Shown piece after piece: positions 54,691 through 64,000 of a stretch of DNA of 64,000 bases. Origin of the DNA: Eledone cirrhosa (taxonomy: Eukaryota); the NCBI GenBank assembly GCA_964016885.1, contig OZ024740.1:276954001-277018000 (forward strand), read 5' to 3'. Numbering within the stretch: the stretch's first letter is position 1; each line of letters opens with the position of its first letter. The translations under genes were made by a program, and so were the position numbers. The notes beneath the pieces are model-generated. The model had not been told where the DNA came from. It did no database searches and saw only the letters and a program-made list of their open reading frames with translations.

Positions 54691-55622
54691 CATTGTAATT
54701 GTGTGAATGTGGGCGATTGTGTATGCGTGTTTAAAAGAGAAATTCATAGAAGCATTTTGATTTTTTTTTTTTTTAGCTATTTGCTTTGTGTTGGGATTTA
54801 GTAGATTTTTTCGTCTTACATGTTGAAATATGAGTCTGTTTGTTCAGTTGAGTGTAATGTATTTTGTTTTTATTGTAGCTGCTATTGTTATTGTAGCTAC
54901 TGCTGCTATTGATGTTAATATTGTTGCTTATAATGTTGTTGTTGCTACTGTTATCCGATCGATTTGTAATTCAATTTAAACACCACCTTCTCACCTACCT
55001 TAGTGTGACAGGTTGGGAAATAACCAAGAACAAAACAATACAAAAAGAAAAGTGTAACGTTATCAACCAAAATGATATTAGGAACAACAACAACAACAGC
55101 AATAACATGGACAAAAACAATATCAACAAATAAACATCAAAGTCAAGCAAAAGAGAATGAATACAACTTCTCGACATGTCCATGACACATATAAGCGGCT
55201 TATACAATGAATAAGATATTTTCTCTGAGTTTGTAATGAGTATTCATTCATATATTATTATAGATGCTGTTGTTGTTGTTGTTGTTATTGTTGTTGGTGA
55301 TATTGGTGTTATTGATAATGTTGCTGGCGTTGATTTTGTTATTGTTCATTCTCATCATTATCATTATCATATAACATGAAAACTATTTGTATCACTACCA
55401 TTGCAATCATCACCAACAACAACTTCATTATCCTTATCTTCAACATCGTCGTCGTTGTTCATCACCACCAAGATTATCATCATCATCATCATTGTTACTA
55501 TCATCTTCCACGTCAACCATTCATCAACATCAACATCATATTTATCATTGTCCTAGTCAAGGTTCCCTTCATTAACGTCACCCCTGTGCTGTCGCCATTC
55601 TAGAAATATTATTATTATTATT

Positions 55623-56032
55623 AGGGTGGGCAGTATCGGTAGAGGATCGGACGCCATGCTTTCCAGCATAGTTACGTCCCTTTACGATCCGAGTTCAAAT
55701 CCCGCCGAGGTTGACTTTGCCTTTCATCCTTATGAGGTCGATAAAATAAAGTACCAGTAATGCACTGGGTAATTGCTGGCCTTGTGCCTAAAGTAGAAAC
55801 AATTATTATTATTAGGGTGGTGGATTGGCAGCATCTGTAGAGCTTCGGAGAACATGCTGCATGGCATAGAGTTACGACCCTTTGCATTCTGATTTCAAAT
55901 CCTGACGAGGTTAGCTTTGCCTTTCATCCTTATGGGGTCGATAATATGAAGTACCAGTAATGCACTGGAGTCGATTTAATCGACTTTCCCCACCCCAAAA
56001 ATTGCTGACCTTGCGCCTATACAAGAAACCAT
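55623..56032 (+). mobile_element. Two tandem tRNA-derived SINE copies
   Basis: 55623-55808 and 55813-56032, separated by (ATT)n. Confidence 0.88.
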
Positions 56033-56144
56033 AATTACTATTGCTGTCAGACAGTGTAGACGTGTTTTATGGGGCTCGGAAAAACTGGTAAATTTTCAAT
56101 TTATTTCCATTTTTAATAATTGTTGCATTTTGTGAAAAGGGTCG

Positions 56145-56306
56145 ACAGCGAGATGTGCGCAGAGCGACGAAACCGTTCTGCACGCACTCGTCCAGTGTCT
56201 GTGCATTACTTACTTGTGGAGTTATGTCGAACAACTTTTGGCGCGTGTAGAACGGATCCGACTATCGGCCGAGTCCATAGTGAAGATCGACCCGCCGCCC
56301 TCTTTT
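56145..56306 (+). mobile_element. L1/Tx1 LINE fragment (C-terminal Cys/His region)
   Basis: RCAQSDETVLHALVQC..LWSYVEQLLARVERIRLSAESIVKIDPPPSF, matching 13855-13995. Confidence 0.8.
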
Positions 56307-57261
56307 GACCTGGCATTTTGTGTGCTTTTGACTAATTCCATTCTGTTGTGAGGAATCGGGGCTTATCTTCACTTCCTAATATATCGGAATTTTATATATA
56401 CTGGTATTCAAGAGGCAATTTCCATCTCCTACCAGTCTGCGCATGTCACCAATCCTCTCAAATTTGTTTGCAAAAGAGTCCAGCTTGCCAGTACTATTAC
56501 ATTCCATTTTATTTTTATTGTGAAAACGGGGTTTTAACCACGCAATATCAACAACATATGTGTAAGCTTCATTTTAGTTTCCACTTCTATATTTTCAGCT
56601 CAGCTGCAAAAGTTCTAACCGAAGATAGGCAACAAGAAACTCGTAACGATTTAAGTTAAGCTACAAATTTGTTATATCACTTTACTTTCAATTTGAAGTA
56701 CTGTCGTTTATTCCTTTTGTTGACACTTATGTAAAAGCAATTGATGTAAAATTCAAGAATAATCCATGTATGTGCTCGCCATTACCAGTCATCCTCTTAT
56801 TGTGGGTATCACATATTCTACATATTTTCTATTAGACTATGATGCTTTAGATATCGAAGTATGTGTGTTTATTCTTGCATTGAAGAAGGACTTACTATGC
56901 CTACTCAGTAATACATTGACGCCATTGCTGCTACAACTTCAACCAATAGCAGCAGCAGTTCTATATTCTAGAAACAATATGAGGGTGCTTATATGGAATC
57001 ATTTTACTTGCCATATAGAGCAAACACATTTTTGTGTAATCACACCCTACTGCTTTTAAAAAAACACGATAATATACCGATAGGCACAATGGCTAGAAGG
57101 AGGATTGAATTTGAACATATGTGTGATTCATCAGAACTGACCTGGAACTAAACAAGAACATTTAAGTACCAGAAACAGAGAGAAATCTGGAGAGTCCTCT
57201 ATATAATCATTCTATCTGCTACCATTTACAAAAATGTCTATAAAATGATATTCTTCTATTC

Positions 57262-57550
57262 GAAGGAGGTAGATCCCTCATCTGGGGCGCCACGTTCTCC
57301 GCCTCCAACTTAGTTGCTTCGGCCACAAACCCCCAGCATTACGGCCCGCCACGTAGAATAAACAAATAACGGGAATTGTCCGGTCGCTTCCTCTTCGCAC
57401 CAGTCGCCGTCGAGACCTCAGGCGTACTTGGACCCCGTACAGCCGAGCTCCTCTGCAATATCGGAACGTTAGCGGCCTGTCTAAGGAGGGAGCCCCACGA
57501 CGTTGGGTGGCTGTTGTAGCCGGTATCGCTGGCCATTGTCCGCGGAAAAC
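57262..57550 (+). mobile_element. CRE-clade retrotransposon restriction-like endonuclease fragment
   Basis: GRSLIW.AT, then K*RELSGRFLFAPVAVETSGVLGP..LL.NIG..WLL*.VSLAIVRG. Confidence 0.7.
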
Positions 57551-57795
57551 AATGACAACCTGATGGCAATACTAAATTAAATAGCTAATTCTAAAGGATA
57601 AAACAACTAGCAATACGGAGGTGTAAAAATATTTCAACATTGTTGAAACTTCAAAATTTAAACGCTACCCTATTGGTAGTTAGAGAAAAAGAAGAAATAC
57701 TCTTCATTTAACAACTTTCGAGACAGGAGATTGAAAGAATATGATGCGGTTTGTGCAGTTCTAGCTTACCTTGCTGCAGCATATTATTTGGAGGG

Positions 57796-58004
57796 TGGTG
57801 GATTGGCAGTATCGGTAAAGCGTTGGACATTATGCTTTGTGGCATAGAGTTACGGCACTTTACCTTCTTAGTACAAATCCCGCCGATGTTAGCTTTGCCT
57901 GTCATCCTTACGGGGTTGATAAATAAAGCATCATTAATGCACTGGGATCGACTTAACTCCCCACTCCCCTTCAAATTGCTGGCCTTCTGCCTAAATGAGA
58001 AACC
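57796..58004 (+). mobile_element. tRNA-derived SINE (older copy)
   Basis: 13-bp TSD attatttggaggg at 57783-57795 and 58005-58017. Confidence 0.82.
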
Positions 58005-59244
58005 ATTATTTGGAGGGGAAAAATGAAAGAAAAAAAGAATTACATACAAAAAATAAAAAAAAACACAGTGCAAGGGAATTAGGCAGCGTACTTAGTAATA
58101 CGATTGGGATTAAAAGCACAGTTTTGTTATGAAAGTGGGTGAGAAATAGTTCTAAAGATCAGTCATTTAGTCATCAATTCCGACAGTTCATGACGAGGTT
58201 CATGAATGTTTTAATGAAGCAGTTGATTTATACTAGAATTGAATGTAGGATATCAACATGGCTAGAAAACTGCTCCTGGTGTATGTTTATAATTTATGAA
58301 AATTCAGCATCTTTTACTAGTGTGAGTGAATCTGTTGCTGAGTATAGAAGAATATAGAGTCATTATAAGAAAGTCTTAGCACTTTGAGGAAAATGGGCTT
58401 AATCGGAGAACTTAAAGGAAAAAAATAGTCTCTGCTGCATGTTTTTCAAAGAAATAGTAAAAGCTACATCGAGCTATTTTTTGGTGGGATGAAGCATAGT
58501 TTGTTGAACAAATGAAACTACCGATGTTGTCAACTCTCCGTACGGCAAGGTGTGTCGAATAAGCCCCCAAAACAGAACAAAATTACCAGAAGCTACTCCA
58601 TAATTTTATTTTCGTTCAGGATTCTATAGAAAGTGTCGTTTTTTTTTGTTTTGTTTTTTGGAGGGGGACAGCCAGGCAGAAAATCCGTGATAGTTTTTGG
58701 AGGAATGCATTACAATGTGAGAGCAGTAGTTGACAGAGTTGTAGCCATGACATTTCTGGGGCATGAGGTGTTTCCTATTTCGCGTTAAAACAGAGAAAAA
58801 GGAAAGGTGATGTAAGAGGTGTGGATAAACTCAAACAGGCAGGTGTGAATCTATCTGTGTAATGCACACTATATATAAGTTACTGCTGGAACACTGACAG
58901 ATCCGATCGCTTTAGGGACAGAAGAATCTATCGTATTTGACTTCAGTGAGCAGGGAAATATGAAGTGTGCGAATTGGTAACATTCTTATGTCTATGGAAA
59001 GTAACATGAGTCAAAACTGGCATCGAATATGACAGCTTTGTCGGAAAGGGTAGAATCCAAATTGACATGTAGATGGTAGTAGAATTTAGAAAAGTTAAGT
59101 GATATCCTTTTGGCAAGGAGCTAAAGTAATCAAATGCAATTAGGAATGATTCAAGATTTGACTCACCAAGCAGCAGGAAAAAATCATTTTACTCCTAAAT
59201 GTGATCCATTACATGTGTTATTACAATAGGATACGTTATAAATC

Positions 59245-59485
59245 GGTGAATTGGCAGGGTTCAAAGTAAGACAGATAACAGAATTTGCAACATTTATTAT
59301 GGCACTCTGTATTCGGAGTTCAAATCCCACCGAGTTTTACTTTACAATTTATCCTTTTAGAATCTAAAATATTGTACACGTCATATTTTAGGGTCGATTT
59401 TCATCCTTACAGGGTCGATAAAATAATGTACTAGTAATGCACTGGGTAATTGCTGGCCTTGTGCCAAAAGTAGAAACAATTATTA
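59245..59485 (+). mobile_element. Decayed SINE plus partial SINE 3' half
   Basis: gagttcaaatcccaccgag, then the family 3' half at 59399-59483. Confidence 0.7.
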
Positions 59486-59628
59486 TATTTTCTCCATCTG
59501 TTTTCCCTTTCACTCTCTCAGAATTGACTACAGTTGAAAAAGGTGTCTTGTAAAATATAGATAAATAAATTTCAAAAGAAGGCAAAGCATATCTGCTCTT
59601 GAATTCTGACGCAACATTTTCATGACGA

Positions 59629-59663
<35 letters not shown>

Positions 59664-59689
59664 CCTGCCAAGATTTATAGCTCAATATC

Positions 59690-60125
59690 TCTAGCCTTAC
59701 ATATGGTCCTGAATATTGGGTGATGACCAAAGAATATGTTACTCGATAGAGTATGTAGCACGAATGTGAGGGAGTCACTCCAGGTAGAGTCGCTGCTTTT
59801 CCAAATTGAGAGATCACTGCTCCGATACTACGGGGATGGGGATAGAATGTCCCAAGAAGGAATCGCTGGAAAGATTTTACAGGCAAACACCAACCAGCAG
59901 GGGACCCAGTGGTTGACTACGAGCTAGATGTTTGGATAGCATGCATGAGATTGGTTGGTCTCACTTGGGAATCTAGCCCGATCATCTGGAGACAGTTGTT
60001 TGTAACAGGGCCCCCTGGAAGACGTGTTTGATGACTCTGCCCCCCCCCCCCCCCGATGAATAAGTAGGTGAAGAAGACCAAAAAGAAGAACAGGAAGAAG
60101 AAGCAGAAGAGGAAGAAGAAGAAGA
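59690..60125 (+). mobile_element. RTE-clade LINE 3' fragment with (AAG)n tail
   Basis: LTYG.E.WVMT, DRV.ST.VRESLQVESLL..IERSLLRYYG..RM; related to 63645-63825. Confidence 0.65.
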
Positions 60126-60536
60126 GACATTATTTTTCGAAGGGTTCATTGGAACACGTGCGTTGATTTAATAGTGTAAGAAAAGGGTGGGGGGCTAAGT
60201 TAAAATGACCTTCCCACAGAATTCTATGAAAATCTATTCCTCCAGGCGTATATTTACATCGATAATTCGACAACATTTCTTACAATAACTGTATCAATAA
60301 TTATAACATGAACAGCAATAACAAAACATTAACAAAATACACCATTAAGACGACAAAGTTGCCAGCCATAGCCTTCATCTAGTTAATACTTTTCAAGACT
60401 AATTAGTGAAAGTATATAAAATGGTATAAGTATGAATTTTTTTTTTCTTACCCTTATATATATAAATACATGAACACACACACACAAACACACACACACA
60501 TAAACACACATATATATTTTTGTATGTGTATATATT

Positions 60537-60581
<45 letters not shown>

Positions 60582-60656
60582 TTATATATATATATGTGTG
60601 TGTATATTTATTTATATATATATATATGTGTGTGTATATATATATATATATGTATA

Positions 60657-60771
60657 TATTCTTTCTGTTTATTACCTTTCCAATATATATATATATATAT
60701 ATATTCTTTCTGTTTATTACCTTTCCAATATATATATATATATATATATATTCTTTCTGTTTATTACCTTT

Positions 60772-60820
<49 letters not shown>

Positions 60821-60853
60821 GTATATATTCTTTCTGTTTATTACCTTTCCAAT
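60657..60853. repeat. Four copies of a ~27-bp unit separated by variable (TA)n
   Basis: tattctttctgtttattacctttc(c/a)aa at ~60657, 60701, 60749 and 60826. Confidence 0.9.
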
Positions 60854-61200
60854 ATATCTCTTTTTAAAATATTAATCCCCCTGTTTATTTTTCTGAGTTC
60901 CTTGGAGGCCATTAAAACTTGTTTCCTTGTTTCTTATTAATATTCTCTCCCGTATTCCTTATGTCTTCATCTCTTGCTCTTTATCATTTTTTTTACTACA
61001 TATCTTTTTTAATATCTCAGTTTGTCTCTCTATTAAAAATACTGACTCACTGAAACTATCTCTCTCATTCAAGGCCATTTTCTATTTTCCTCTTCTCCCA
61101 TTTTTTTGTACAAATTTATCTACATTTATTTATCTTCCCATATACTAATCCGTTCATCTATCTATTTCTCCATCCATTCATCAGTCTCTGTCCCTCTATC

Positions 61201-61255
<55 letters not shown>

Positions 61256-61407
61256 GCATATTGGGTATATATATATATATATATATACAAACATACACGC
61301 ATATATATATATATACATACATACAAGCATATATATATACATATACATACACACACACACATTTATATATATATATATATATGTGTGTATATATACACAC
61401 ATATACA

Positions 61408-61449
<42 letters not shown>

Positions 61450-61450
61450 A

Positions 61451-61485
<35 letters not shown>

Positions 61486-61486
61486 A

Positions 61487-61521
<35 letters not shown>

Positions 61522-61522
61522 A

Positions 61523-61559
<37 letters not shown>

Positions 61560-61592
61560 AGCATATATATATATATATATATATATATACAA

Positions 61593-61641
<49 letters not shown>

Positions 61642-61642
61642 A

Positions 61643-61701
<59 letters not shown>

Positions 61702-61702
61702 A

Positions 61703-61765
<63 letters not shown>

Positions 61766-62598
61766 TTTATAGATATATATATATATGTATGTGTGTATAT
61801 ATACACACATATGTATGTATAAATGTGTGTATGTATTTATGTATGTATTTATGTATGTATACGTGTTTGTGTCTATCATTGTTTACGTATTTATGTACAT
61901 AATGTTATGATATATATCTTTCCACGTTACCTTCGCCATTCTATCTAATTTGATGTAGTACTCATTTTTTCCTTTCTTTTTGTTTTACTATTTACTATAA
62001 TCTGGTTTCTGGATGTGCCGAAGCGTAACACATAAAGATCTAAAGATCATGTCAAATAGTTTTTGCACTAGTTGATGCTGCTGATGCTGCTAACACTGAT
62101 GTTAAAGCTGCTGTTTTTGTCGCTGCTGCGCTTATTGCCTTTTTTCACTTAGCTTTCGCAATGACATTTAGCAATGCACAGCCTTCTCAACACCCAAAGT
62201 TACGTTCATTCAAGACATGCGCGTTGCAATTTCTTTTTCCTTGTTATTGCTCTTGTTGTCGTTGTTGCTGATGTTGTTGCTCTTGCTGCTTACTTCTACT
62301 GCTGCTGTTGTTGTTGTTGTTGTTGTTCTTCTTCTTCTTCTTCTTATTCTTCTTCTTTTTTTTCCCTTTCCCCATACTCCCCCTCATCCTCGATCTTTTT
62401 TTTTCTTTTCCTTCTTTTCCTTTCCTCTTCCTCATTTTTCTTCTTCTTCTTCTTCTTCTTCTTCTCCTTCTTCTTCCGATTCGAATAATATGATAAGTGC
62501 AGCAACCCTTAAAATCTGAAATAAATTCAATATCTCTGAAACCAAAAGTAACAACCTAATAAAGTTAAATTATAATGACCACAGCAACTACAACCGAC

Positions 62599-62652
<54 letters not shown>

Positions 62653-62981
62653 TAATAAAGTATTACATACGTACTGGGCCTCAAATCTTGTGGAAGTTAA
62701 CAGTTAATTATGTCGACCCTGTGCTTGACTGGTACTTTATTTTATCTACCCCGGAAGCTTGAAAGTTCCAAATTGACCTCGGCAGAATTAGAACACGGAA
62801 CGCAAATTACAAGAAGAAGTACCCTAAATTAATTTTGCTGACTCTCTAACGATTTTGCTAATCCACCGCCAAATGAGGTGAGAATATGGGAGAAGGCAAA
62901 AAGAGTGGAGTGCACATTTGAATAGAAAGGGAGAGGAAACGATCGCTGTGAATATTATTGATATTTATTATTCGTATATTA

Positions 62982-63575
62982 AGGCCGGTGGATTGGCAGT
63001 ATCGGTAGAGAGTCGGACACCATGCTTTGCGACATAGAGTTACGCCCCCTTTAATGTATCCCAAATGTTTATTTTCCTCCATTTGTGTATGTAAATATAT
63101 TATTTAAACAATAAGGGCAGTGGATTGACAGTATCGGTAGAGGGTCGGACGCCATGCTTTGCGACATAGAGTTCAAATCCTGCCGAGGTTAACTTTGCCT
63201 TTCATCCTTACGGGGTCGATATAAAAAAAAGCATCAGTAATATAAAAAAAGCATCAGTAATGTACTAGGGTCGATTTCTTCGACTTTCTCCCGCCCTTCA
63301 AAAAAAATTGCTGGCCTTGCGTCTAAAGTAGAAACAATTATTCGCCTTACATGTAATTGTTTTGCATAGAACATATTGTTTAAATAATTGTTTCTACTTT
63401 TGGGACAAGGCCAGCAATTACTCAGTACATTACTGGTACTTTATTTTATCGACCCTGTAAGGATGAAAGGCAAAGTTAACCTCGGCGGGATTTGAACTCA
63501 GACCATAAAGGGCCGTAACTCTTTGCTGCAAAGCATGGCGTCCGACCCTCTACCGATACTGCCAATCCACTGCCC
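62982..63575. mobile_element. SINE cluster (head at 62982-63050 +, copy at 63113-63340 +, copy at 63386-63575 -) with local inverted duplication
   Basis: The minus copy has TSD tattgtttaaataat; 63050-63162 mirrors 63528-63640. Confidence 0.85.
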
Positions 63576-63644
63576 TTATTGTTTAAATAATATATATACA
63601 TACACAAATGGAGGAAAATAAACATTTGGGATACATTAAAAGTA

Positions 63645-63825
63645 AGATTTTACAGGCAAAAACCAACAGGCAGGAGACCCAGATCAAGATGTATGGATAA
63701 CATCCAGCCGGAGCAGTTGGAGACGTTTGTTTCTGACAGGACCCACTGGAAAGGAGTGTTTGAGGACTCTGTTGGCACGACCCTCTCAGTAATAAGTGGG
63801 CTAAGAAGAAGAAAAAGAAGAAGAA
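63645..63825 (+). mobile_element. RTE-clade LINE extreme 3' fragment
   Basis: Similar to 59870-60125; ends in (AAG)n. Confidence 0.55.
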
Positions 63826-64000
63826 TGTGATAACTCTGAACATTTTAATGCATATTTTGTAGTAAATTCTTTATCGATGTGAGAAGGAAACGTTCGTTAT
63901 TCTTAAACCAAGAATAACGAACATTTTTCTAATGATAATAATGGTTTCTAATTTTTTGACTCAATTTAAAGGGGGCGGGTGGTTTAGAAGTCGGTTATAT

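Noticed and set aside
60657-60853. CRISPR-like array of 27-bp repeats with spacers
   Set aside because: The spacers are only (TA)n, there are no cas genes, and the context is eukaryotic.

Overview
Very AT-rich animal (eukaryotic) repeat DNA. The SINE family and extreme (TA)n/(CA)n content suggest a cephalopod such as Octopus; this is inference only. I found no supportable host protein-coding exon, and almost all ORFs in the track are microsatellite translations. Recognisable content: (1) two decayed L1/Tx1-clade LINEs (11.56-14.50 kb, 5'-truncated; 17.57-22.18 kb, TSD-bounded, with a CCHC ORF1 and an APE-RT ORF2) plus fragments; (2) three mariner-family relics, one with 103-bp TIRs; (3) about 20 copies of a ~190-bp tRNA-derived SINE, several with TSDs; (4) RTE and CRE fragments; (5) many Penelope-like element (PLE) remnants, including GIY-YIG endonuclease and RT pieces and large inverted repeats. 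The most striking signal is that many short islands between (TA)n tracts are PLE-type termini carrying minimal type-I hammerhead ribozyme motifs. I count about 10 with an intact CUGANGA/GAAA/UH core and more than 10 variant, decayed or half copies. They have diverse but nearly always palindromic helix III, a recurrent CAGANGA (U4A) family and long-helix-II forms. There are also repeated fold-back inverted duplications centred on (TA)n tracts. All coordinates and pairings were read by eye and may be off by a few bases.
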